Below are positions 34,034 through 46,332 of a stretch of 64,000 nt of DNA, piece by piece. The notes beneath the pieces are model-generated. The model was not told where the DNA came from. It worked only from the letters and a program-made list of their open reading frames with translations, and did no database searches. The position numbers were made by a program, and so were the translations under genes. The first letter of the stretch is position 1. Every line of letters starts with the position of its first letter. Source of the DNA: Macrostomum lignano (lineage: Eukaryota); assembly GCA_002269645.1 (NCBI GenBank), contig NIVC01002192.1, forward strand, positions 108,952 to 172,951. Direction: 5' to 3'.

Positions 34034-37000
34034 GTGAGCAAAACAATTGACAAGCCGGCCAAGGCACAGCGAGTCCTCCGGGACCAGGCGGAGATCCCGC
34101 ATGACGGCAACGATGGCGTCTGCAAGCTGACGAAACTGCGAAGGTTCCTCGCCACTCTGCTGCAGTTCGGCCAAGACATCGGCCCGCAGGTCGGGGATCG
34201 AGTCCAGGACCTTGTTAGGCAACTCCTGGTGAGAGATGGCGATTCTCACTGATCCCCACTGATTCCCATTCAAGTCACTGATCCCCACTCAAGTCACTGA
34301 TCCCCACTCACTGATCCCCACTCACTGATCCCCACTCACTGATCCCCACTCACTGATCCCCACTCACTGATCCCCACTCACTGATCCCCACTCACTGATC
34401 CCCACTCACTGATCCCCACTCACTGATCCCCACTCACTGATCCCCACTCACTGATCCCCACTCACTGATCCCCACTCACTGATCCCCACTCACTGATCCC
34501 CACTCACTGATCCCCACTCACTGATCCCACTCACTGATCCCCACTCACTGATCCCCACCCGCAGACCCACAGTCTCACCTTGGAGCAGTTCCATTCGGAG
34601 CTGCAGGCCGCCACGAACTTCCCTCTGCGCCCATTCGTGATCCCATTTCTGCGGTCCAGCCTCCCGCTGATGCAGGCGGAGGTGGCGCAGCTGTCGGCGG
34701 CCAACGGCCAGGCTCCCGGCGAGCTGCTGGCGGCGCGGAGACTGGCGGACTTCCTGCAGCGAACGCCGGCGGCGACGGGGGCGGCGGAGCCGGCGGGCAG
34801 CGGCAACCCGGCGCGGAAGCGGCGATGCAGCGGTGACTTCAAAGAAGGGTGAGTCTGCAAGGCAGCTAGAGATGCTCCGGCCGCTCCATCTACTGCCTGA
34901 GCTGACCTCACCGCAATGCACTTGCAGGGCCAGGATCAAGAGGCGGCTGTCCGATTCCGTTTCCGATTCCGTTGCTATGGGCAACGAGGCCTCGAGGGAT
35001 TCGAATTCGAACTCGGCACCGGCATCGGTCAGGCTGTTCGGTGAGGCAGCAGGTGGGGAGGCATGGGTGGGGAGGCATGGGTGGGGAGGCATGGGTGGGG
35101 AGGCATGGGTGGGGAGGCATGGGTGGGGAGGCAGTGGGTGGGGAGGCAGTGGGTGGGGAGGCAGTGGGTGGGGAGGCATGGGTGGGGAGGCAGTGGGTGG
35201 AGAGGCAGCGGGTGGGGAGGCATGGGTGGGGAGGCAGTGAGTGAGGAGGCAGTGAGTGGGGAAGCACGGGTGGGGAGGCATGGGTGGGGAGGCATGGGTG
35301 GGGAGGCATGGGTGGGGAGGCATGGGTGGGGAGGCATAGGTGGGGAGGCATAGGTGGGGAGGCATGGGTGGGGAGGCATGGGTGGGGAGGCATGGGTGGG
35401 GAGGCATGGGTGGGGAGGCATAGGTGGGGAGGCATGGGTGGGGAGGCATGGGTGGGGAGGCATGGGTGGGGAGGCATGGGTGGGGAGGCATGGGTGGGGG
35501 AGGCATGGGTGGGGAGGCATAGGTGGGGAGGCAGTGGGTGGAGAGGCAGCGGGTGGGGAGGCATGGGTGGGGAGGAAGTGAGTGAGGAGGCAGTGAGTGG
35601 GGAAGCACGGGTGGGGAGGCATGGGTGGGGAGGCATGGGTGGGGAGGCAGTGGGTGGGGAGGCAGTGGGTGGGGAGGCAGTGGGTGGGGAGGCATGGGTG
35701 GGGAGGCAGTGGGTGGAGAGGCAGCGGGTGGGGAGGCATGGGTGGGGAGGCAGTGAGTGAGGAGGCAGTGAGTGGGGAAGCACGGGTGGGGAGGCATGGG
35801 TGGGGAGGCATGGGTGGGGAGGCATGGGTGGGGAGGCATGGGTGGGGAGGCATAGGTGGGGAGGCATAGGTGGGGAGGCATAGGTGGGGAGGCATGGGTG
35901 GGGAGGCATGGGTGGGGAGGCATGGGTGGGGAGGCATGGGTGGGGAGGCATAGGTGGGGAGGCATGGGTGGGGAGGCATGGGTGGGGAGGCATGGGTGGG
36001 GAGGCAGTGAGTGAGGAGGCAGTGAGTGGGGAAGCACGGGTGGGGAGGCAGTGAGTGAAAAGGCATGGGTGGGGAGGCATGGGTGGGGAGGCATGGGTGG
36101 GGAGGCATGGGTGGGAAGGCATAGGTGGGGAGGCATGGGTGGGGAGGCAGTGGGTGGAGAGGCAGCGGGTGGGGAGGCATGGGTGGGGAGGCATGGGTGG
36201 GGAGGCAGTGGGTGGAGAGGCAGCGGGTGGGGAGGCATGGGTGGGGAGGCAGTGAGTGAGGAGGCAGTGAGTGGGGAAGCACGGGTGGGGAGGCATGGGT
36301 GGGGAGGCATGGGTGGGGAGGCATGGGTGGGGAGGCATGGGTGGGGAGGCATAGGTGGGGAGGCATAGGTGGGGAGGCATGGGTGGGGAGGCATGGGTGG
36401 GGAGGCATGGGTGGGAGGCATGGGTGGGGAGGCATAGGTGGGGAGGCATGGGTGGGGAGGCATGGGTGGGGAGGCATGGGTGGGGAGGCATAGGTGGGGA
36501 GGCATGGGTGGGGAGGCATGGGTGGGGGGAGGCATGGGTGGGGAGGCATAGGTGGGGAGGCATGGGTGGGGAGGCATGGGTGGGGAGGCATAGGTGGGGA
36601 GGCATGGGTGGGAGGCATGGGTGGGGAGGCATGGGTGGGAAGGCATAGGTGGGAGGCATGGGTGGGGAGGCATGGGTGGGGAGGCATGGGTGGGGAGGCA
36701 GTGGTGGGGAGGCAGGGGTGGGGAGGCATGTGTGGGGAGGCATGGGTGGGGAGAAAGTGAGCACAGATCCATATACATTGCTGCATACATATGGCACGCA
36801 GCAGCTGGGGAGCAGTGAGCTGACATGTGGCAGCATAGGTGGGGAGGCATAGCCAGGCATAGAGTGGGGAGCGGGAGAGGCATGGGTGGGGAGGCACACA
36901 GAGGCATGGAGGGGGCATGGGTGGGAGGCATGGGGGAGGCATTCAGGCAGATGAAGCGGGTGGGAAGCGCTGGGAGAGTGAAAGCGTGAGGCATGGGTGG

Positions 37001-37925
37001 GAGGCATTGGAGATGGGGGGCACCATAGGTGGGGGGCATGGGAGGGGAGGCAGTTGGGAGGCAGGGGGGGTGGGGAGGCAAGGCATGGGTGGGGAGGCAT
37101 GGGTGGGAGGCATGGGAGGCATGGGTGGGGAGGCATGGGTGGGGAGGCAGATGGAAGCAGTGAGGTGGGGAGGCATGGGGGGAGGCATGGGTGGGGAGGC
37201 ATTCCATGGGTGGGTGGGGAGGCACAGGGAGGCATAGAGGCATGGGTGGGGAGGCATGAGGCATGAGTGGGGAGGCAGTGAGTGGGGAGGCACGGGTGGG
37301 CATGCTCGCAGCAGCAGCCCAGCTGCCAGCCAGGCAGCCGCAGCTCCATCAGCTCCAGCATCCTCAGAGTGGCCAGCGGCCCGAGAGGCCGGGTGCATTG
37401 GAAGGCGATGAAGCGGCTGGCGTGAGGCAGGACAAATTGGAGATCAAGGGGGGACAAAGGGAGGTCAAAGAGAGAACAGTAGGAAGGGGGGACAAATGGG
37501 AGGTCAAAGGGAGGACAAAGGGAGGGCATCAGAGCCGGGTGCGCAGAGACAGAAGCGCATAATACAGCAGCAGCAGCAGACGGCGGCAGCTGCTCCCCAA
37601 TTGGCAGTCCCGGCAGATTGTGGCCAGCCGGAACCCTGGGAGGGGGGAGCCCAGCCTGTCCCCAGCAGCAGCGCCAGCAGCTCTCTCTCCCCAACTGCAC
37701 ACACGGCAGACCCTGGCAGCTGTGGCCAGCCTGGTGGCCGGGGCGCGGAGCTCCCTGGCTGAGCTGCAGAGAGTCTGCGAGCCTCATCATCAGCCTCAGC
37801 AGCAGCAGCAGCAGGCGGCGCTGGCATCTGTGGGCGGCAGCCTGGCGGCCTCCGTGGCGGCGCTGATGCAGGGCAGTGCGGGGCGCTGGGGCATCGAAGG
37901 GTTGGAGAAAAATTTTGCGCGTCAC

Positions 37926-37959
<34 letters not shown>

Positions 37960-39544
37960 TCATGCAGCTGGGTGAGTGAATGCTCATTTCAATTTAGCTT
38001 TTTTGTCACCTGAAACCGGCCGCCCTAACTTTGGATGTTCCACTTATTTTTCTGCTTTTGTCGCTTTATCTCTCGGTGAGCCCTGATGCAGTTCGCCGCC
38101 TCTCCCTTTGTCCCCGCACCGAGCCTGGCTGCAGCGGCGCCTCTCATTTCGCCCGGCGCTGCAGCTGCTCCCGCAGCCCAGGATGAGGCAGCCGATGAGA
38201 GGGGGCGGCAGGTGCAGAGGCCGGCCAGGAAGGGAGTTGGGCTGCGGCAGCAGCTGTTTCCAGGGGACAGCGAGGCGGGGCTGCGCGGGCCCCCAGGTGG
38301 TGCCTCAGCCTGGCTGTCTGGGGTGGGGGGGCGAATCAGCTGCTGCCGCTGCTGCCAAGTGAGCTCAGCTGACCCAGGCAAGCCAGCGTGCTGAGCACAG
38401 GCCGGCAGGTGGTCCTGCAGAAACAGCCCGGGCGGCCCCCCAGCAGCAGTTTCAACAGTAACCCAATCTGTTACTGTCTCCCCCCCCCCAGCTAAGTCCA
38501 CCGGCTCTCTCGCCGAGTGCGCGAGGCTTCGGGCTGCAGCGGCGGGCGACAGGTGGCTTTCAGCGGTGCCAGGTGGCTGCTGCGCTTTGCCTGTCCGCCA
38601 GCCAGATCCCCTGCCACCCCCTGCTGTAGGAACTGAAACTGCGGGGAGGCAGTCTTTTGGGAGAATTGATCCTTCAGATCCCTACCTGCGACCCGTTCTT
38701 GCAGACAGCCTGGTGTCCAGCCTGCGGCGCCAGGCCCAGCAGGAGGCTCGCGCGGCCGTGGCGGCTGCAGAGGCGCGCGCGGAGCAGCTGCTGGCGGCCG
38801 AGCGGCTCCGGTCGCAGCGGATGGCGGCGCGAATCAGGGAGGAAGCCCTGGCGGCCAGCAGGGTGCAGGTCGGCTCCGCCGAGGTGAGCAACGACGGAGT
38901 GGCGGGCTGTAACCTGGGAGTGGCGGTCTGTGACGTGAGAGTGGCGGGCTGCGACCTGAGAGTGGCGGGCTGTGACCTGAGAGTGGCGGGCTGTGACCTG
39001 GGAGTGGCGGGCTGTGACCTGGGAGTGGCGGGCTGTGACTTGAGAGTGACGGGCTGTGACCTGGGAGTGGCGGGCTGTGACCTGGGAGTGGCGGGCTGTG
39101 ACCTGAGAGTGGCGGGCTGTGACCTGGGAGTGGCGGGCTGTGACCTGGGAGTGGCGGGCTGTGACCTGGGAGTGGCGGGCTGTGACCTGAGAGTGGCGGG
39201 CTGTGACCTGGGAGTGGCGGGCTGTGACCTGGGAGTGGCGGGCTGTGACCTGGGAGTGGCGGGCTGATTATGAGATTAGCGAGCTGATTGTGGGATTAGC
39301 GGGCTGAGTGTGGGATTAGCGGGCTGAGTGTGGGATTAGCGGGCTGAGTCTGGTTTTCCCGTCCAGTCGCTTTCGTTGTTTCGCCTCGCAGACCTGCTGG
39401 AACTGCGGTCGGATCGCTTCGGAGACGTGCAGCGGCTGCAGCGCGGCCAGGTACTGCGGCAGCTTCTGCCAGCACCGGGACTGGGACCGGCACAGGGCCA
39501 CATGCGGAATTCTGGCCCAGCAGGGTGGGTTGCCGCGGTTTTGA
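34034..39544 (+). CDS. RUNX1T1: Nervy / MTG8 (ETO) / CBFA2T-family co-repressor; start not resolved
   Basis: TAFH/NHR1: [35 protein letters not shown]|[32 protein letters not shown]2-like: [27 protein letters not shown]3: [32 protein letters not shown]: [33 protein letters not shown]. Exons ~34034-34228, 34565-34848, 34928-35040, 37312-37421, 37710-37971, 38135-38296 (tentative), 38678-38883, 39392-39544. Confidence 0.93.
34250..34557. repeat. Intronic 14-bp array CTCACTGATCCCCA
   Basis: Direct inspection. Confidence 0.92.
35050..37300. repeat. Intronic 14-bp G-rich array CATGGGTGGGGAGG (~2.2 kb)
   Basis: Direct inspection; source of the many overlapping Pro/His and Gly ORFs. Confidence 0.95.
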
Positions 39545-41350
39545 ATGTCGATGTTATAAGTCATTATCTGTCTGAATCTGTGTCCGTGCACCTGTGCCTG
39601 AATCTGTGTCCGTGCACCTGTCTGAATCTGTGTCCGTTCACCTGTGTCTGAATGTGACTGTGCACCTGTGCCTGAATGTGTCCGTGCACCTGTCTGAATG
39701 TGTCCGTTCACCTGTGCCTGAATGTGTCCGTTCACCTGTGCCTGAATGTGTCCGTGCAACTGTGCCTGAATGTGTCCGTGCAACTGTCTGAATCTCTCCG
39801 TTCACCTGTCTTAATGTGACCGTGCACCTGTGCCTGAATGTGTCCGTTCACCTGTCTGAATGTGTCCGTTCACCTGTGTCTGAATGTGACTGTGCACCTG
39901 TGCCTGAATGTGTCCGTTCACCTGTCTGAATGTGTCCGTTCACCTGTGTCTGAATGTGACTGTGCACCTGTGCCTGAATGTGTCCGTGCACCTGTCTGAA
40001 TGTGTCCGTTCACCTGTGCCTGAATGTGTCCGTTCACCTGTGCCTGAATGTGTCCGTGCAACTGTGCCTGAATGTGTCCGTGCAACTGTCTGAATCTCTC
40101 CGTTCACCTGTCTTAATGTGACCGTGCACCTGTGCCTGAATGTGTCCGTGCACCTGTCTGAATCTGTCCGTTCACCTGTGCCTGAATGTGTGACCGTTCA
40201 CCTGTGCCTGAATCTGTGACCGTGCACCTGTGCCTGAATGTGTCCGTGCACAGTGAGTGATAAGCGAGTATATTTAGGCCCCATATCAGCTTATTTCCGC
40301 AGACTGCTGCAACAGACTCCCCACAAATTTGCAGAGTCCCCCATAGAGGATGACAGCGAAGGCGACAGAGGCCGTCGCTCCGCCCGCAAGATCAGGGGAA
40401 GCGCACCGCTGCAGGACCGCCCCTGACCTGCAGTGACCTCCTCGCTTTTATATCGCCCGAACAGAGTGACAGCTTTGAGCAACTCGGCAAACTTCTATTT
40501 CATTTTCTAGTGCAGCTGCCAGCCGTTGATTTGCAATGCAGTGGCAGAATCCAAGCCAGCACTGAGAAGTGAGGCCGTGCCAGATGTGCAGCAGCTCCGA
40601 CAGGAATGAGCAGGCAGGAAGTGGGAACTCCACCAGCTGGCGGGCGCCAACTGCGGTGCTTCTCACCGGGACTGGCGCTGAGTAGTCTCGCGAGATTTGC
40701 AGTTACCCACTCGGTTCGGGCACTCTAGTATTGAGCTTCAACTTCAATCCGAGGCTTGCTGCTACACCTACTTAGAGTAATAAAATACGCAAATGCACAT
40801 AGCGGTGAGACATGTGAATAGACTGATCACAAACACGGCACTGTCTGAGGCTCATTTATTTCTCTGCTCTGATCCAGCAATTCACAATTTATGCAGATTC
40901 AAATATGATTACGGCACCACATGAAGGCTTGCACAAGCAGAAATCATCAAGAATACGAGTCAAGACATTTGGAATTCACTTTTCTCTGTCAACAGACTTT
41001 GATAACTAATACACTATAATTAGTAGCCCGGGAAAGGCGCCCAGAGAACTGAAATTAACAGACAAGGAAAACAAGTTGCTCCACAACCATCGGTAAGAAG
41101 AATCTGAATGAGACTGATGGGGCAGCACTGCACAGGCTGCAGGTCAGGGTGGCACACAGGCTGCAGGTCAGGGTGACACACAGGCTGCAGGTCAGGGTGG
41201 CACACAGGCTGCAGGTCAGGGTGGCACACAGGCTGCAGGTCAGGGTGACACACAGGCTGCAGGTCAGGGTGACACACAGGCTGCAGGTCAGGGTGACACA
41301 CAGGCTGCAGGTCAGGGTGGCACACAGGCTGCAGGTCAGGGTGGCACAGT
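38900..41350. repeat. 21-bp intronic array (38900-39345), ~24-bp array after the nervy stop (39565-40250), 24-bp array (41125-41350)
   Basis: Direct inspection. Confidence 0.88.
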
Positions 41351-41594
41351 TAATGGCATCAGAGTGGAATATTGCGCAATGCCTCACAGAATCGGAGGAA
41401 TAAAGGACGATGACAGTCCAGCAGAATTCAGTACTGAACACTCAACATAGCGTGGAAGCGTGAAGCAGCACGCAGAGCCGCATACGCAGCAGCAGCAATA
41501 AAAGCAAAAGCACAAGAGAATATTTCGGCAGTCAACTTCCACCCCAAGCGGCAAACTGCCCCCATTGGCTAATTGTACTTGGATTTTATTTAGG

Positions 41595-44500
41595 CTATTT
41601 CTTCCGATGCAGCGACCGGCCCTTCTGGGTGAGCGGCGGCCCGCTGCCGAATACCGAGGGCTTGGCGGGAGCTGGTTGAGGCGGCGGCGGAGGCTGCTGG
41701 GGCGGCGGCTGCTGAGGCGGAGGCTGCTGGGGCGGCGGCTGCTGAGGCGGAGGCTGCTGAGGCGGCTGCGGCACCTCCTGCGCAGATACCGGAGGTGGAG
41801 CAAGCAGCTGGTAGAAATTTCCTGTCGTCAAGGGCGGCTGAGGTGGAGGTGGCTGCTGCTGCTTGTACACCATGGGGGGCTGCGGTGGCGGCGGCGGGGG
41901 CGCAGCTGCCTGGCCGTAAAAGCTGGCAGGCGGTGGAGGCGGCGGCTTCTGCTGATAGAAAGCAGCAGCCGATGCTGGCGGCGGTGGCGGCGGCGGCTGC
42001 TGGTGAAAGCCGGATGGCGGCGGCGGCTGCTGGTGAAAGCCGGATGGAGGCGGCGGCTGCTGGTGAAAGCCGGATGGCGGCGGCGGCTGCTGGTGAAAGC
42101 CGGATGGCGGCGGCGGCGGAGTCGCCGGGGGCTGCAGCGGCGGCGTCATTGATGACAGGCGCGACTGCGAAGCGGAGGGTGCGAGGGCGGCGGGTCGCAC
42201 GCCCAGGGGCAGGTAGGCCTCGCGCAGGATGGCCAGCGCGGTGTCCTCGGAGCTCCAGTAGCCGGCGTGGCTGCCCACGGCGAACAGGTACTCGTTGAAG
42301 GTCTCGATTGGCGACTCCTGCAGGACGAAGTCAACTCGGCGGCCGTTGTTGAGGGCAGCGGCGAGGCTCTCTTGGTCTTCGCCGTCGGGGTCGGCCGGGG
42401 TCCGCGGCTGCCTCGGCTGGCCCTGCTGCATAGAGTCGCTGAGCAGCTCGGCGGCCAGCGAGTCCAGCTGCTGGTCGTCTTCGGGCCTGGCGGCTACCGA
42501 CCTGCGGCGGTTGGGGGGGGGGCGATTGCAGATCAATGATCCCAGATTGCAGATCAGTGATCCCAGATTGCAGATCAATGATCCCAGATTGCAGATCAAT
42601 GATCCCAGATTGCAGATCAATGATCCCAGATTGCAGATCAATGATCCCAGATTGCAGATCAATGATCCCAGATTGCAGATCAGTGATCCCAGATTGCAGA
42701 TCAGTGATCCCAGATTGCAGATCAATGATCCCAGATTGCAGATCAATGATCCCAGATTGCAGATCAGTGATCCCAGATTGCAGATCAATGATCCCAGATT
42801 GCAGATCAATGATCCCAGATTGCAGATCAATGATCCCAGATTGCAGATCAATCATCCTAGATTGCAGATCAATGATCCCAGATTGCAGATCAATGATCCC
42901 AGATTGCAGATCAGTGATCCCAGATTGCAGATCAATGATCCCAGATTGCAGATCAATGATCCCAGATTGCAGATCAATGATCCCAGATTGCAGATCAATC
43001 ATCCTAGATTGCAGATCAATGATCCCAGATTGCAGATCAATGATCCCAGATTGCAGATCAATGACCCCAGATTGCAGATCAGTCATCCTAGATTGCAGAT
43101 CAATTATCCTAGATTGCAGATCAATGATCCCAGATTGCAGATCAATGATCCCAGATTGCAGATCAGTGATCCCAGATTGCAGATCAATCATCCTAGATTG
43201 CAGATCAGTGATCCCAGATTGCAGATCAATGATCCCAGATTGCAGATCAGTGATCCCAGATTGCAGATCAATGACCCCAGATTGCAGATCAATGATCCCA
43301 GATTGCAGATCAATCATCCTAGATTGCAGATCAATGATCCCAGATTGCAGATCAATCATCCCAGATTGCAGATCAATGATCCCAGATTGCAGATCAATGA
43401 CCCCAGATTGCAGATCAATCATCCTAGATTGCAGATCAATCATCCTAGATTGCAGATCAATGATCCCAGATTGCAGATCAATGATCCCAGATTGCAGATC
43501 AGTGATCCCAGATTGCAGATCAATGACCCCAGATTGCAGATCAATGATCCCAGATTGCAGATCAATGATCCCAGATTGCAGATCAGTGATCCCAGATTGC
43601 AGATCAATGATCCCAGATTGCAGATCAATGATCCCAGATTGCAGATCAATGATCCCAGATTGCAGATCAATGATCCCAGATTGCAGATCAGTGACCCCAG
43701 ATTGCAGATCAGTGATCCCAGGTTGCAGATCAGTGATCCCAGATTGCAGATTCAATGATCCCAGATTGCAGATTAATGATCTCAGATCCCCAGCCACCAG
43801 CTCGCACCTGTGGGCCTGTGCGAATCCCTGCAGACTGGCCCAGGTAGATCGCAGGCTGTCCACCAGACGGGCTTTGAGATCGGCGCCCACCCTGGCCAGG
43901 CCATCCCGCAGCTCCAGGTGCAGCCGCTTGCGGCCCTTGTGATGAGGCAGCAGGCAGGGCCGGGCGGGGCACTGCGGCAGCAGCGGCTCCAGGCGGAAGG
44001 CCAGCGGGTCCAGCGGGTGGAACAGGTTGAACAGGCAGGCACCGCCGGGCAGGCGGAACTCGGCGCCCAAAGTGGTGCGGCCGCGGGCGGCCAGGAAGAA
44101 GGCCAGCGGGCAGCCCAGGGCGAACAGGGCGCGGGGCGCGAAGTCCAGGCGGGCTGAGGCGTCGGCAATGGCGGGCGCAGCGGTGGAAGTGGCGGCGGGC
44201 GCAGCAGCGGAACTGGCGTCGGTGGCGGCCTGGGCGTAGGCGAGGAGTTTCTTTCGAGGCCCCAGAGGCAGACTGAGGTCCTTGGCGTCCTGCGAATTAT
44301 CAGTAGTGCAAGTGCAATGAGGGCCCAGTGCAATGACCAGTAGGTGGGGGAGGGCAGTGCAATGACCAGTGGGGTGGGGGGGCAGTGCAATGACCAGCGG
44401 TTAGGGGCTCGCAGCCGCAATAATTTGGGGTCAGCAACTCCCAAGGCATTAGCCAAAGCTTCTCGTAACCTACTGATTAACACGCAACCTATAAGAATCG

Positions 44501-46332
44501 AACCCGGGCCCTTCCGGCGAGCTCACCTGTTCAGTGAAGCCCCGCAAAGTCTCCAGGTCGATCTGCTCCTGGGCGAACTGGTCCGCCAGGTCGCCAAGTC
44601 CCAGCCGCTGCAGCACCGACTCTACAGTCTCCTCAGACTGCGGCTCCGCGTCCTCCGCTGCCGCCTCCGCCTCCGCCTCCAGCGCCTGCGCAACATCGCC
44701 GTTGGCGCTGGCCGACCCGGACGACTCGATCACGTCGAAGGCGAGGACGCCGCCAAGGCCGTGACCGGCGATGGAGAAGCCGCCAGAGTAGGCGGGGTTC
44801 CTGGCCGCGAACAGCGACCGCAGGCGGCACAGCTCGGCCGCCAGCCCGGGCGCCGCCTCGGCAAGTCGGCGGGCCTCCCCGGCGGCCAGCGCGTCGCCAA
44901 GCAGCCGCCGGAGCCGCGGCACCGAGGAGGGCGTCAGGCGGGCCATCAGGCGGGCATCGATAAGCGGAGGCTGCCGCCACACGGCCGGCAGGAACTCCAG
45001 GCGGCCGGGCCGGTGCGGGAAGTGGCTCCGCATGAGGTCCGCGCAGGTCCGCCGGATTCGATCGGCCGCGCCCAGCGGGTGCTGACCGGCGCCGGCGTCG
45101 GGGACCAGCAGGATCACGTGATCGATGGGCTGCCACTCACCCTCGGGCAGGGCGCCCACCAAGTGGCCGGTGCCGCGCACCAGGGTCCAGGGGCCTGGGG
45201 ACTCACCGGGGCCGGTGGCCGGCGCCACCCGGTACTGCAGCAGGTCGGCGGGGCCCTGGAATACGAAGGCCGTGTCCGCCTGGCCCAGCGACGCAGGCAG
45301 GCGGATCTCCCGGCGCCAGGCGCCGGTCTCCACAGCCGAGCGGTACTGCAGCTCCAGCTGCTCGCTGGTGGCCTCATCAAAGGGAGCGAGCACCCCCGAG
45401 GAGTCGGCCTCGGCCCGGCGGAACCAGGTGCAGCGGCGGATCGGCAGGTCGGGCTCCTGCCAGTAGGCCGCCCGCTTCACCCTGGCCGGCAGCCAGGCGT
45501 CGTACCGGCCGCCGTCCACCGGCACCGGCGCCTCCGACATGGAGTTGGCGGCCTGCTCAAGGCGCTGCGAGTCGTGGCCAGTAAAGGGCATCCAGATCTT
45601 CTCCTGCCGTTGCTGGCCGGCCTCCGCCTCCGCATCCCAGTCGTCAAGCGGCTGCTCAAAGAACCAGTGCGCCTCTGGCGGCCGGTAGCCGCTGAAGAGG
45701 CCGGGCGGCGGCCCGCCGGCTGTCGGATCGGCAACTGCCGGCACCGAGGAGGCCACCGCCGACGCCGCAGCCGTTGTCTGGTAGCCGCCGGCAGCAGAGT
45801 TTGAAGAGTAGGAGACGGGCGGCGGCTGGAACCCGGATTGCTGCTGCTGCTGCTGGTAGGATGCCAGAGATGGCGGCGGAGGCTGCGCGGAAAACGCTGT
45901 TGAAGAGGCGGCTGTCGCCGGCGCCGCGGAGCCAGAGAAGGCGGCGTCGGCCGGCGGCACCCAGCGACGCTGCGGGAGGCCGCCGAAACGGACGCCACCA
46001 GTGCCGCTGGGAGGAGGCGCTGCGGGTGGCGGCGCGCCAGCGGCGGGTGGCGGCGCCGCGGCCGGCTGGCCAAGGAAGGAGTCCTCGTCCAGGGCTTCCA
46101 GCTCCTCGAAGCCGCCGCCAACGACGCTGCTGGCCGCTCCGCTGGGCAGCTCGGCGGCGGCCGCGGGCGGAGGCGGCGGCGGAGGCGGCGGCGCAGGCGG
46201 CACCAGCATGGCGGGCAGCTCAAACGCGATGCCCTGATTTGAGGCTGCGAACAGCAGCGATGGGGCGGCTGCCTGGCCGCTGGGGGTGGCGCTTCGCTCG
46301 CGACTCTGCGATGCTCGGTGATGGTCGGACAT
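41595..46332 (-). CDS. SEC23IP: SEC23IP/DDHD2-like WWE-lipase-SAM-DDHD protein (~1064 aa, 3 exons) with degenerate lipase motifs
   Basis: P-rich N-terminus; WWE (HWFF...[13 protein letters not shown]...VDGGRYD...[15 protein letters not shown]); lipase-like GHGLGG; SAM ([23 protein letters not shown]...[11 protein letters not shown]); DDHD ([24 protein letters not shown]...[10 protein letters not shown]). Exons 46332-44527, 44289-43808, 42501-41595. Confidence 0.9.
42525..43790. repeat. Intronic 21-bp minisatellite GATCAATGATCCCAGATTGCA
   Basis: Direct inspection. Confidence 0.95.

Noticed and set aside
8271-43790. Long repetitive ORFs in the supplied track (e.g. 34490-37303, 34908-37928, 13394-15529, 29713-30912, 42295-43758, 28178-29374, 6467-7280)
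   Set aside because: They are translations of tandem repeats that lack stops. They sit inside GT-AG introns or UTRs and appear in several frames on both strands.
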